Under the pieces are notes generated by a model, which did not search any database, was not told where the DNA came from, and saw only the letters and a list, made by a program, of their open reading frames with translations. Source: Octopus vulgaris (lineage: Eukaryota). Taken from it: 64,000 bases of DNA. Of this stretch, positions 27,988-41,832 are shown in pieces. Made by a program: the position numbers and the translations under genes. The number at the start of each line of letters is the position of its first letter. Positions within the stretch are counted from its first letter, which is position 1. The stretch is taken from NCBI GenBank assembly GCA_951406725.2, contig OX597821.1, positions 11,532,001 through 11,596,000 of the forward strand. Direction: 5' to 3'.

Positions 27988-28378
27988 CTAGCAGTATCGC
28001 CCGGCGTTGCTCGGGTTTGTAAGGGAAATAAATATATAAGCATTTTTAGAGATGTAAAGTATAATAGCCATCTCAATATGGCTAACCACAAAGGGGGGGT
28101 GTTACAGTAGCTTTTTACGTTCTGAGATTTAATAATAAATTTTTAGAGAGTTACTTCCCTTATATATGCCAAAAATGCATTAAAAATGGGAAAAATTGAT
28201 GGTAATTTTTTTTTTTAATCGTAGATTCATCGTAGGCGCGCGCTAATACCCAGAAGGGCTCGATATGAATCGATAAGATACCCGGTTTTGGTTAAATTGC
28301 ACCGCAAAACGTGGGAGTAGTTAGGAATCTAAATCGTAGGAGACAGACAACACACAACCTCACTTTTATATATAAAGA
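27988..28378 (-). mobile_element. Complete non-autonomous Helitron (family H1)
   Basis: Minus strand: A|TC start, 3' hairpin CCCGAGCAACGCCGGG, 8-nt spacer and CTAG|T end, with no TSD. A second partial copy lies at 36335-36584. Confidence 0.85.
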
Positions 28379-28382
28379 TTAT

Positions 28383-28720
28383 CACTGCGTGGCACCTTGA
28401 ACAAGTGTCTACTACTATAGCCTCGGGCCAACGAAAGCCTTGTGAGTGGATTTGGTAGACGGAAACTGAAAGAAGCCCGTCGAATATATGTATGTGTATA
28501 CGCTTGTGTGTCTGTTTGCCCATCGCCCAAACATCGCATGACAACCGATGCTGGTGTGTTTTCGTCCCCGTATCTTAGCGGCTCGGCAAAATAGACCTAT
28601 AGAATAAGTACTAGGCTTATAAAGAAAAAGTCCTGGGCTCGATTTGCTCGACTAAAGGTGGTGCTCCAGCATGGCCACAGTCAAATGATTGAAACAAGTA
28701 AAAGAGTAAAAGCGTAAAGG
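28383..28720 (+). mobile_element. SINE family B (head missing)
   Basis: Runs from CACTGCGTGGCACCTTG through the 3' end AAACAAGTAAAAGAGTAA. Confidence 0.85.
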
Positions 28721-29364
28721 TATATATATATATATAAATATGTATATTTATATGTGTATGTGTATATATATGTATGTACACACACGCGCACACACATATA
28801 TATACATATAAATGTATATATATATACGTCTCTGTGTGTGTCCTTATGTGTCCTTTATATTATTTATTCATCCCCGAAGCGTAACGGTTCGGTAAAAGAC
28901 AGGTAGAATAGATAATAGGTTAAAAACAAAATAAATAAAGAAACAAATAACTGCTGGGGTCGAGTGGTTAAATGAAAATTGCTCAAAGCCCCAAAGATAC
29001 ATCTCTACATAAAATAGTCAAAATAACGAGTAACTCATTAAGAAAAAATATACACAGTTAGTAATTGTTAGGTTTCTGGATATTAAAGAAATCGGAGATT
29101 CAGAAAGAGCAGACCCGCTTGTATAATATCGAAGAAGAACAAAACAACAAACACGAATTGAAAAATGATACTACTCTGGGGAAATAAAACGAAAGCGGTA
29201 GAGAGAACCATTATATGGTCATCTGGTCTACTAGAAATAACAGCAAAATTCCATGCATTGCACACTGTATAAAGGAAATGATGGGATGAAATGCTATAGA
29301 TCAATCAGACCTAATGTTGAACTAAATAACAACAGTAGTATTTGCAGGAATAGATGTATGTGAA

Positions 29365-29525
<161 letters not shown>

Positions 29526-29529
29526 ATAT

Positions 29530-29811
29530 GTGGAGGCGCAATGGCCTAGTGGTTAGGGCAGTGGACTCGCGGTCGTAGGAAGGATCGGGCGTTGTGAGTG
29601 TTTATTGAGCAAAAACACTTAAAAGCTCCACGAGGCTCCGGCAGGGGGTGGTGTACTCTGCTGTACTCTTTCACCACTCTTTCTCCCACTCTTTCTTCTG
29701 TTGGCCTGCTCGCTTAGCCAGCGGGGTGGCGTCATTCGAAGGCTAAAAAACAATACTGACCAGCGATGTGTAACTACATCTGATGGACTGGTCGGTCACG
29801 TGATCACGTGA
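29530..29811 (+). mobile_element. SINE family C, tail type 2
   Basis: Family C head with tail TTGGCCTGCTCGCTTAGCCAGCGGGG...GGTCACG, shared with 59410-59689. Confidence 0.85.
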
Positions 29812-29854
29812 TATATATGCATATGCATGCATATACACCTAGATATATATATAT

Positions 29855-30112
29855 GTGGAGGCGCATGGGCTAGTGGTTAGAGCAGAGGACTGGCGGTCGA
29901 GCGATCCACCTAAGCTCCACGCGGCTCCGGCAGAAGGTAATGGCGAACTTCTACTGACTCTTTCGCCACAACTTTCTCTCACTCTTTCCTCCTGCATTTT
30001 GCAACTCACCTGCGACGGACCGGCTTCCCGTCCAGGTGGGGAACCTATACGCCAAGGAAACTGGGAAACCGGCCCTTATGAGCCAGGCGTGGCTCCAGAA
30101 GGAACAAAAAAA
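29855..30112 (+). mobile_element. SINE family C-related, tail type 3
   Basis: C-like head and body (CTCTTTCGCCACAACTTTCTCTCACTCT) followed by a different tail CTGCGACGGACCGG...GAAACTGGGAAACCGGCCC. Confidence 0.75.
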
Positions 30113-30145
<33 letters not shown>

Positions 30146-30166
30146 TATATATATGTATGTATATAT

Positions 30167-30239
<73 letters not shown>

Positions 30240-30587
30240 TGAGAATGTGTGTCTGTCTGTGTGTTTCCCTAAAATTTGAGAACATTTTTTTTGCAGTTTC
30301 ATCTCCCTTCGAAAAATTTTCTCGGATTTATGTTTTAAACATCTGAGCTTATAACACTTCAGATAATAAATTTTAAATTTTCGAGAAAAACATCAAACTG
30401 AAAGAAAAAAAACTGTTACCGGAAGCTTATCCTCCATCCCACCCAATATTTTCCTTTCCGTTCGTAATCTAGGATGCTTAAAACAACACATCCGAATATA
30501 TTAGTGTTTTGGCGCCCAATAAAATTTCTAGTTGCATTCTTAAGGAACGCTTTTCTCTTTTTCTTTATCTCTTTCTCCCTCTCTCCC

Positions 30588-30626
<39 letters not shown>

Positions 30627-31118
30627 GTGTGTATACACAACATATATATATATATATATATACACACATGTATATATATATATATATATACATATATATA
30701 TACATATTCATATATACATATATATATATATATACACATAAATATACATACATACATATGTATATATATACACACACATATATATACATATTTATTATTA
30801 TTATTACTAGCATTGTTGTTATACATACATACAAACATACATACATACAAACATATGTAATGATAATAATAAGTGGATGTAAACGCATGAACAAAATAAG
30901 AATAAACAAAAAACAACAACAAAAACACAAAATAACAATTTACATGAACGTATATAAACAGAAGATACAAATATTACAGGTATCCCCCCACATACACACA
31001 CTAAATAAACATAGACGCACATAGAGATATAAGCATGCGCAAATGAAGACATACAATAGAAATATAAAATGGCTGACGGTTAGTAAGGAGAGACACAAAT
31101 AAGAAAGAAGAAAACAAA

Positions 31119-31163
31119 GGACCACTGATGCGGTCACAGGAGTGTGACGAAAGATCTCTGGCC
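31119..31163 (+). ncRNA. Type I hammerhead-like motif (A9C core variant)
   Basis: GGACCA-CTGATGC-G-GTCACA GGAG TGTGAC-GAAA-GATC (palindromic stem III)-TC-TGGCC. Confidence 0.65.
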
Positions 31164-31890
31164 GAAATAAGATTAAGATTAATGTAAAAAACAAATAACA
31201 CTGAAGCAAAATAACACCAAATATATAGTGCGTGTGTTTTTATAAATATAACAATATATATATGCAACATACCAAAAGCTGAAAATTATGAAAAATGATA
31301 CTGAAAATAGATAAGAAATAAATTGTAGGGCTCGAGACTATGGTGGTCGCATGGCCTACTAGAAATAACGACTCCATTTCTTGAGAATCTGAAAAGTTAT
31401 ATCTTAAGATTACTGGATAATTTCATGTGATTTACAAGAAAAAAAATTGCTGGGAGTGGTATTGGTGGAATATTTTTTAATAACCAGAACCAGTCATGAT
31501 GTAAACAAAACCAGCAGCATCAGTTTTTTTTACAAAAAAAAAAAAAAGAATATAAAACTAGATCTGACAATAAGGCGGATATAATACAGGATATCTATAA
31601 GGTTATATTACACTCAGTGTGACTTCTGAGACATATATCTGATGGATCAGATCTGGACGAGAACCTTTTAATTGTTTCATTGATTGCCTGCATCCGTTCT
31701 GTGGCATTGATTTGAAAGATTTTAAGTCAAGCAAATTGACACCAGTATTTACTTTAGTTTTTTTTTAAAGAAGTCAGCTAGATATTTATCCATCTCTTTT
31801 GCCGAACTGCTCGGTTATGCGTACGTAAAAGATTCAGTTACCCAAGTTGTCAAGCGGTGTGGGGTCAAACCAAAGCAAAAATGCACACAA

Positions 31891-31921
<31 letters not shown>

Positions 31922-32364
31922 CACTCACACTCACACACATATACATTCATATATGTATATACATACATACATTCATACATATACATACATATACATGCAT
32001 ACATACATACATTCATACATATATATGTATATATACACGTGATGGATTCTTTTAGGTTCCTTCAAGTAAATCCACTTATACACCTTCGGTCGGCCCGACA
32101 CTTGCCCAGATACTAAGACCTAATAGCACTTGCGTCATCTCTCTTTCTAGGAGAGTAGGGTGTGATATATGAGCTGTTTACGTTCGACCGTCTTGAAGCA
32201 CCCTTGTAATCAAGTTTGGAGTGTTAAAAACAGAAGATGAGGCAATTGATACGTAGAATAATGTCTTTGTAATTAGAGCAGCTCGAAATCTTTGTTGGTG
32301 ATGTCTAGATCTGATAAGTTAAGAGAACTATTTCAGAGTAGAAGAAAAATACATTGTCATGTAA

Positions 32365-33690
32365 AGACTGCTCAACCACTCAAATGTGGAAGTCATATAT
32401 CTCGACTTTGCAAAGGTCTTTGATAAATTCGATCGTGGAATGATATGTCACAAACTGAGTGATCTTGGCATAGTTGGAAAATTGGGAGAATGGCTTCATG
32501 ACTTTCTGAAGGATAGAAGTCAGGTGGTTGTAGCCAATGGGGTCACTTCCATTAACACGCAAATAGTGAGCGGTGTTCTGCAAGGCACTGTTTTGGGACC
32601 ACTACTGTTCATAATGGCCCTCTCAGACATGCCCTCAGCCACGCAGAGAGCCACGATTACAAGTTATGCAGATGATACAAATGTTTCACAGGCAATACAG
32701 AACCTTGAAGACACTATGCATCTGCAATGTGAGCTGGACAAAATATACAAGTGGCTGAAAAGAATAGCATGCAGTTCAATGCTGAAAAGCTTCAAGCTTT
32801 ATGCTATCAGCATGCAAAACTAAATGCAATACCCAATAAATACACTGGACCTGGAGGGATTGCAATCCCAGAGGCACAATCAGTGCGAGACCTGGGTATG
32901 TACATGAGTGATGATGCAACCTTTCATGTGTATGTTGCTAAATTGGCAATGAAATGTAGGCGGCTGGCCGGATGGATTCTTAGAACCTTTAGAACAAGAG
33001 ACCAGGAAACTATGATGGCTATCATCATATACATGATGGTCCTCTGGAAGACACTTGTCCTAAGCCACTTTGACTATTGCTCTCAGCTATGGTCACCATC
33101 CAGTGTCAAGTTAATCACAGAACTTGAGGCGATCCAACGAAGCTACACGAAGAAGATAGCCTCTGTGCAGCATAGAAGCTACTGGGAAAGACTCAAGAGA
33201 TTAAGACTCTTCTCCTCACAGCGTAGGCGAGAAAGATATGCCATAATATACATCTGGAAGATCCTAGAAGGACTTGTCCCAAACTTTGGTATTGAGAGTT
33301 ACACAAATGCTAGAACTGGGCACCACTGCATAGTGCCAAGGACTCAAAATTTGCCATCAAGATGTAGGACAAGATACTGTGATAGCCTGGGCTTCAGAGG
33401 ACCACAGCTCTTCAATATCCTCCCGATGACCCTAAGAGACCTGCATGGGGTGGATGCAGATGTCTTTAAAATAAAACTGGATCTCTTTCTGTCAGGTGTC
33501 CCAGATGAACCAACTTCATGACAGGAGGTGCAGATGAGGGCAGCTGCATCGAACTCTCTCATGCACCAAATGATTATTGCTAAAAAGCATTCGTGAAGTA
33601 AAATCATGTAGCAACACCAAATGGCGGTGCCCCAGAATAGCCACAGCTCGTGAGTTGAAACTAGATAAAATAAAATAAAATAAAAAATAG
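32365..33690 (+). mobile_element. 5'-truncated CR1-group LINE of the same family as 9198-10400, pseudogenised
   Basis: YLDFAKVFD, SGVLQGTVLGPLLF and YADD motifs. Frameshift near 32755, 21-bp insertion at 33019-33039, premature TGA at 33519 and an (ATAAA)n tail. Confidence 0.92.
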
Positions 33691-34369
33691 AAAAATAATA
33701 ATACAATTTGGTGTAAAATCTTTGTTTTATTCGAATTCCGTACATCGGAAAAAAATCCTTGGTGATATTTTCTTCCGGTTCTTTACATTCGCTGTAACCT
33801 TCCGGTGGCAACAAATCATGACATCCGTTATGTACTAGATATAAGAATTTCTACCGTTTCGTTCCTTTAGATTTGCCGCGTGGTGCCTACGATAGGAATG
33901 AAATCTTAATGGGAGAGACGGTTTACAAATACAGGATAGGAAGTGGTAGGCAAGATATAGTGCACCTAGGAAGAATAATTTTGGAAGTGATGAGTAGGAT
34001 CGAGGCGAGAGCGATATTGGAGTATTACCGGTGAACGGAATTGTCCAAATGACTGATTATTCCTCATTTTACGGAAGATTTCTATGGTTTTCGAAGATGA
34101 AAGCAAAGGTGAAAAAGAAGGAAAATGAAATAATGACTTATGCGTAACCATCAATCTCTGTGTCAGTCCATGGAAGTAGACTGGCAGTCAAATGAGACAC
34201 TAATACTACGAATAAAGATGACAGATATAATTAAATCAACCCCGCATAACACTTACCCCTCACATAAATCCTAATAATGTCATAGGCACGGCACCTCTTC
34301 ATATGACTAAATATTAAAAACTAAAGGAAAGGCCTTTATACACACATACATACATACATACATACACAC

Positions 34370-34434
<65 letters not shown>

Positions 34435-35225
34435 AACATATACATGTATATATATATATATTTACATATACGTATACATTCACATAGATACATATGCATG
34501 CAGAATTGTGCCTTTTGGCGTGTATTCGTGGATATGTTTGGGTGTATATGTGTGAATATTAAACATATATACTTACATATAATTGTATGTGTCAATATAT
34601 ACATATATAAACGCAGACACATTTGTATGTGTATGTATGTAGAAATGTATGTATGTATGTATGTATGTATGTATGTATGTATGTATGTATGTATGTATAT
34701 TTCGTGAGTATGTTGCGTATGCAGCGTGAGAAACTGCTTATTAACTGACAGGCGAGATATGAGGAACGTATTTAAAAGACATCATAATGATGGGCAATAT
34801 TGTTGGTGGTTTAGGTTTTGAAGCTTAACCATATTGACGGATGGGGAGACAAATGTAGGTAAGGTCTTCCACAGATAGATGGAGAAGCAGGAAGATAGAT
34901 GCATATATGTGTGTATACACACAAAAGTACATACACACTCACATATATGTATACATCTTATATATATATTTATATATATATATATATAAATATGTGTGTA
35001 TACATACATACGTACATACACACACATATATGCATACATCTTATATATTTATATAAATATATATATATATATACAAATATAAATCTGTGTATATGTGTAG
35101 GTGTTTATATATATATATATACGTTTAAATATTATTGGCTAAACTGGCAATATGACCATTCCGAAATATAACAATATATATATATACACATACATATATA
35201 TATATATGTGTGTGTTGCGCGCGTG

Positions 35226-35292
<67 letters not shown>

Positions 35293-35351
35293 CAAATCGA
35301 AAATAGATGTGAAATTAAAACAAAATTCAACAGGATATATACTATACACAC

Positions 35352-35399
<48 letters not shown>

Positions 35400-35405
35400 A
35401 AGAGA

Positions 35406-35450
<45 letters not shown>

Positions 35451-36334
35451 AGAGAGAGACCAACAAAAGAATATGCAGGTAACATACTTAAAATCAGTGT
35501 AACTATCTGGTAATATATATAATTACAGAAAATTCTCCAGCGGCGCCTTCCGCAGAGTTTTAACTTCATAAAATTATAAGTGCATTTCTTTTACTTCTTT
35601 TACGTATTTGTCTGCGACCATGCTGGATCATAAGAAAAGTGGGGAATCAATGAATGATCGAACATTTATACTTTCATTATTGTACTAGTTTTAGATTTTG
35701 GATTACCTATAATTATTATTGATTATCTCAATCCTAATACATTGTTTGATATCTTTATTAGAGATTTGTATTTCCTAAAAATCTAAGTTTACTTGTAACA
35801 TAAATGGACGTAAGTTAAATGAGTGATTTACTCTCGCAGTTTCCGTCTAATATATTGACCAATCAGAGGTTATAGCGTCGTGAAATTTTTGATAACTTCA
35901 GCATGGTCGTCCAATCACTTATAGATATATTCACCAAATACTTCATAATGTGTCAAGCATAACGATTGGCCACAAAGCCACGTAGTTGGGAAGCGAATTT
36001 TAATAATCATGCAACCGTAAAGGATCACAGCTACTGTACTACGGACATGTGATTACAAAGTCAGAGGAAAGAATTGCTAGACGGAGTTTTCAAGCCGAGT
36101 CGACCGGCGGGAGATCTAAGAGTAGACCGAGAATGTGATGGCTGGATAACTGCATAGTCTCAGATTGTCACGCTTGGGAATATAATCAGAATTTGTAATG
36201 ACGATTGCCTCTGACAAGGCCCTATGGAGAAGCTGCTTGAATACTCTATCCCCACAATACCTCCAATGAATATTGGGCAGAAAATATGTAGGGATATGTG
36301 GATGTCTCGATACCAACACAATATTTGATATTTA

Positions 36335-36584
36335 TAGGCATTTTTAGAGAGTTACTTCCCTTATATAATAGCAAAAATGCATTAAAAATGGAAAAAAATG
36401 ATGGTAATTTTTTTTTAAATCGTAGACTCATTGTAGACGCGCGCTAATACCCAGAAGGGCTTGATATGAATAACGACTATAAGATACACGGTTTTGGTTA
36501 AACTGCACCGCAAAATGTGGGAGTAGTTAGGAATGTAAATCGTAGGAGACAGACACCTCAGAACTTCAGTTTTATATAGAGAGA
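36335..36584 (-). mobile_element. Helitron family H1, 5' portion
   Basis: Closely matches 28140-28378 and retains the A|TC start. Confidence 0.8.
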
Positions 36585-37261
36585 TTTAATTTTACCTGTG
36601 GCACAAATAGACTTAAGTCGAGAGACAGAGAGAGAGGGGGAGAAAGAGAGAGAGAGAAAGAGAGCTACTCGTATATTTTGCGTCTCACAAAAGCATTGGA
36701 GGGTATTGTGGGGTGACAGATTGAAAAATCATGTTTAAAATTACATGAGTGGGATTTTCATAACTTCAGTTTGGACGCTCGGTTTCTTTATAGTTATTCA
36801 CTAAAACTTCATAAGGTGCGGAGTATAACGATTGTATATAAAGCTATGTGTTTGCAGCCATTTGAAATTATTGCATTTGAACTTACTATTAATACAACAC
36901 ACATTGAGTCATGCATATATTAAACATAAGTGCAAATGTTCAATATTCTTTAAAAGAAAGTCACTGAACTATTATACATTTGAATACCGCATTGAATTAA
37001 TTGTAATATAAGGCCATATAAAAGAAATTGATTATTATAAAATATGCAGGAAAATGTCATTATATTTATTGCAAAATATAATTTTATGATATCATTCTAC
37101 ATGTCACGACATGTGCTGGAATGCAACGTCTTCAAAGGGAAATAACTTGGTCAATATTAATGCAATAAAAATGTAAACTTTTTCTTTTAATGACTATACG
37201 CACACAGATATATATATATATATACATATTACGTACGTACATACATGCATGAGTGTGTCTG

Positions 37262-37374
<113 letters not shown>

Positions 37375-37528
37375 GTATGTATGTAAGTATATATATATTA
37401 CACACACACGTATGGATGGATGTATGTCTGTATTTATGTGCATACGTGTATATATATATATATGTATATATATATACATACATACATGCATCCATACGTG
37501 TGTGTGTAATATATATATACTTACATAC

Positions 37529-37690
<162 letters not shown>

Positions 37691-37999
37691 GGAACATACA
37701 TATTATGTGTGTGTGCGTGTGTGTCTTTGTGTGTGTATATACGTCTATTTTTATGTAAAATTACGAACAAAGATATTTAGATATTAACAAGAAAAAGCAC
37801 TGTATGCATATGTACGTTGAGTACAGTATTCTTTTTCACAGAGAATACACTGACAGTCCGCGTTACGTTGATGGCATCAACAACTACAGTACATAGAGTT
37901 CGTCGAAGTGGAGTGGCTGTGAAGTCACGGCCGGTCTTCTCTGTGTACATATACGTCTGAGTGTTCAAGTGTATTTTGTGTAGTTATATGTATATATTA

Positions 38000-38397
38000 T
38001 TTTCTACTCTAGGCACAAGGCCTGAAATTTTGGGGGAGGGAGCCAGTCGATTAGATCACCCCAGTACGCAACTGGTACTTAATTTATCGAACCCGAAAGG
38101 ATGAAAGGTAAAGTCGACCTCGGCGGAATTTGAACTCAGAACGTAAAGACAGACGGAATACCTATTTCTTTACTTACCCACAAGGGGCTAAACACAGCGG
38201 GGACAAACAAGGACAGATAAACGGATGAAGTCGATTATATTGACCCCAGCGCGTAACTGGTACTTTTTTTATCGACCTCGAAAGGATGAAAGGCAAAGTC
38301 GACCTCGGCGGAATTTGAACTCAGAACGTAAAGACAGACAAAATACACATAAGGATTTCGCCCGACGTGATAATGTTTCTACGAGCTCCGCCGCCTT
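38000..38397 (-). mobile_element. Two abutting SINE family A copies with different tails
   Basis: The core occurs twice (38080-38150 and 38270-38335). One tail is TTTCTACTCTAGGCACAAGG and the other is CCCACAAGGGGCTAAAC. Confidence 0.85.
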
Positions 38398-39177
38398 AAT
38401 GCATGTATATAATATAAATTCTATGTGAATAGGTTGTAATGGCGAACAAGTGGGGACAGCATTTTGGTTCCTCAACGTTCTCTTTCGTGTTTTATCTGTA
38501 CCACTTTCTTGAGTTATTCTTTTCGTTTTGCTTTTAATTTTTTAAAATTTTTGTTATTTTCACTTAACACGACCGCAAATTTTCCCAAATCACCAGGCAA
38601 GGTTATATGAACTAATTTGAACTGTTTTCCTCGTATATCTTACACACTTTCTTAAATCTTTTATAATTCTCAAAATTCCCATTTATTCCTCCATGTTCTT
38701 GGTGAGCGAATCATCTCATATTTCTACTTTGCCTATTTTATTTGTTTAAAATTTACCTTGAAGATGGCGGAGATTTTTGCCATGATGTAGTCCATGAATG
38801 CACCAACAACAATGCTGCTGAAACCCCACTTGTGTTCTTATCGTGGCTATGAGTTCTTTTGACTCGTATTTCTAACAATATTAGTGCTGACTAGCGCACT
38901 TAATCGCTTCAGTGACGTTTAAATGTTTGCCTTTCTGTTGAAAAATTCTAACGAGCCACCCTTGTAATTCATCCTTAGTTATAATTATATATCTATAAGT
39001 ATACTTTGACTAATTTAACCCAAATGGCTCTTTGGTACGCTACACTGATAAATCATTAATTAATGGCTTCATCCTAATGCAAACATATAAGATGTTAATG
39101 ACCAGATCGCGTTTAAGTAAAAGAGAATGTTTCAATCATAACTTATTGGCTAAATAGAAAGTTTAGCTGCCGTTATA

Positions 39178-39405
39178 TATTTCTTTACTACCCACAAGGG
39201 GCCAAACATAGAGGGGACAAACAAGGACAGACAAAGGGATCAAATCGATTACATCGACCCCAGTACGAAACTGGTACTTTATTTATCGACCCCGAAAGGA
39301 TGAAAGGTAAAGTCAACCTCGGCGGAATTTGAACTCAGAACGTAACGCCAGACGAAATACTGCTAAGCATTTCGCCCGGCGCGCTAACGTTTCTGCCAGC
39401 TCCAC
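39178..39405 (-). mobile_element. SINE family A
   Basis: Full head, core and tail in reverse. Confidence 0.88.
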
Positions 39406-39546
39406 CACTGTACTGGCTTACTAATACTCCACATAGTACAGAATTTGTTGTTGCTATTAATTCCTTATAATTAGGAAAGAACATTATCATACGTAGTAAT
39501 TATTATCAAGAGAAAACCCCATCCTACCTAACGCTACAGTTGTGAC

Positions 39547-39650
39547 CATCCTATATAGGGTGGGGCATAAGTTACCATCCTAACCATCCTATATATCCTA
39601 TATAGGGTGGGGCATAAGTTACATCCTATATAGGGTGGGGCATAAGTTAC
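39547..39650. repeat. Three copies of ATCCTATATAGGGTGGGGCATAAGTTAC
   Basis: Directly visible, with short partial repeats between copies 1 and 2. Confidence 0.9.
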
Positions 39651-41662
39651 ACACCAGAACATTTGATGAAATTGTAATTAAAATTAAAGCGTGTTCTTTT
39701 TTAATGAGCAATATATATATATATATTAAAAGAGTTTTAAACTCGTGACTTTTAGCCGAGCCCCTTTTTTATTCAAACATACTGTCTTTAAGACTGTACT
39801 ATGGAATATATTCTTTCTCTTACAGTAGCGAAGTGAATGAGAGAAAGATTTGGCTCCTATTTCTTGCAAGTCAAGTACTAGCATCAGTATTTCCCCTTTG
39901 GTTACTTAATGGCGTTGCTCTTTCTGTGGATTTTAATGCTAACAGTTGGATTTTCTGCTAGGTGTGATGAAAGTATTGATTAGAGGATGTAAAACAAGGA
40001 TAAGGAAGGAGAGTAAGGAGGAGGGAAATAAATCAAAGAGGAAACGGAAGAGGGAAATGAAGGATGCTGATAGAGATGGTGATTATGGTATTGGGGCACT
40101 TGTAAAGATGCTGCTACCGATGATGATGGTGGTGGTGGTGTTGGGGTTGGAAGTGGGTAGTTGGGTAAATGTTTATAATGATAAGGTGTAAAATGACATG
40201 GATGGCAGTAGAACCACATTTTCTACCAAATATTTCCCATTAAATCACCGCCATTGGCAGACATACACATGCGCAAACACAAACGCATATACACACGCAC
40301 GCGTACATACACACGCACGCGTACATACACACGCACATTAAAACAACAACAACAACATGTTTCTGACAATATTTTGAATGGACATCACAAGGAAAAGAAT
40401 AACAAAAAAATTAATATTAAAAACGGATTAAATGAGCATCAAATGAGGATTAAAATATTTCAGTTTTTATCTGCAATACTAATCAAGCTAACAGGAAAAT
40501 CAATAGAACAGAGGTCAGAGAAATGCTCCATTTGCCGAGTGTCAAGTCATTTTGCGGTGTTTGCTGTTTAATCATTTGGTGTTTAATAGTGGCAAATGCA
40601 ATCAAAAGTCATTTCACACAATGAAGTCGCAGATTCAACTACATTCTATAGAACGTTGAGCAAGCGTCTTCATTTGTTAGTTTCAAGTCATACCAAACCG
40701 AAATTTTCCAGTGACACTGGACCAAAGAAAACTGCAAGGAAACTCATTGGATGAAATGGAGCTCTCGTTTCTTTTGGACCAGTTCACCCATGATGTAGCA
40801 GGCCAATAATGAAAGATATTCCGGCCTTGACCATCTTAAATTTTGTATAAGTCTACTTTGCCGAATAGGTATATTCTTTCTACAACTCTGATGTATGGAT
40901 TGAATGAGATTTGGCTGCTATTTTTAGAAAGTTGGATGTCACATAGAAATAACTAAATTGTCTCATGGACTGAGTTTTTAATTCAAATTATCAACCTTGT
41001 CAGAATCTGTTATGTTGTGTCTGCATGAGAATTACATTAAATAAACAAACGTCTACGGATTACTCAACCACTTAAATGCTAATTGTTTGGGTAAGATGCT
41101 ATATTAATGGAACAGCTAATACTGTCATTCGAAACTCAGGAAAGATCCATCGTCTAGTTGGGGTTTAATACAGGACAGTGCAATAGGAAAAAACTGTTGA
41201 AGTACGGATAAAATGATTTACTGTATTTAGTCAAGATAGTGCCGCCGTGTAAGATGCAAGAAATGGGTTCAGCAGTTAGAAAGTACACAGGCCAAAGAAA
41301 AAAAGTACATGCGTTCATGACAAGACACATTACATCAGGGACACCACCTCAGAAGAGAGCATCAGGACTGACATCATACTAAAAGAAAGCTAAGCGATCA
41401 AACATAGAAGAGATATTTTAGAATTACTCAAGAAATAAACAAACATTTATGAAAACAAAGACAATATTTCCTGCAGACCAGCGATAGAGAAAGATCAAAG
41501 AAGTCTTTAAATGAGATAACACTGTGTTATTATTTTTTTGTCTTTGGTCAGTAACTGTTATTTCCTACTTGCTTCTATCTAGAAATCAAAGAAAGTGACT
41601 ACTATTACCTTCAAAATTTGTCTTCGTTTCCTGGATATCAATATTTTGAACCTGAAATATAT

Positions 41663-41832
41663 ATTTCTTCATAACCCACAAGGGGCTAAATATAGAGGGG
41701 ACAAACAAAGGGATTAAGTCAATTACATCGACCCCAGTGCGTAACTGGTACTTATTTAATCGACCCCGAAAGTATGATAGGCAAAGTCGACCTCGGCGGA
41801 ATTTGAACTCAGAATGTAACGGCAGACGAAAT
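41663..41832 (-). mobile_element. SINE family A (head truncated)
   Basis: Core and tail match 39178-39360. Confidence 0.8.

Noticed and set aside
30230-30500. Third Helitron family 5' end (TATAAAACTGAGAATGTGTGTCTGTCTG)
   Set aside because: The TC start is lost in (TA)n and no 3' hairpin with CTAG was found.
38755-38835. Hammerhead-like TTGAAGA...GAAA
   Set aside because: No convincing stem I or stem III pairing.
39547-39650. CRISPR-like short direct repeats (also 63242-63412)
   Set aside because: There are no unique spacers or cas genes and the context is eukaryotic. These are simple tandem duplications.
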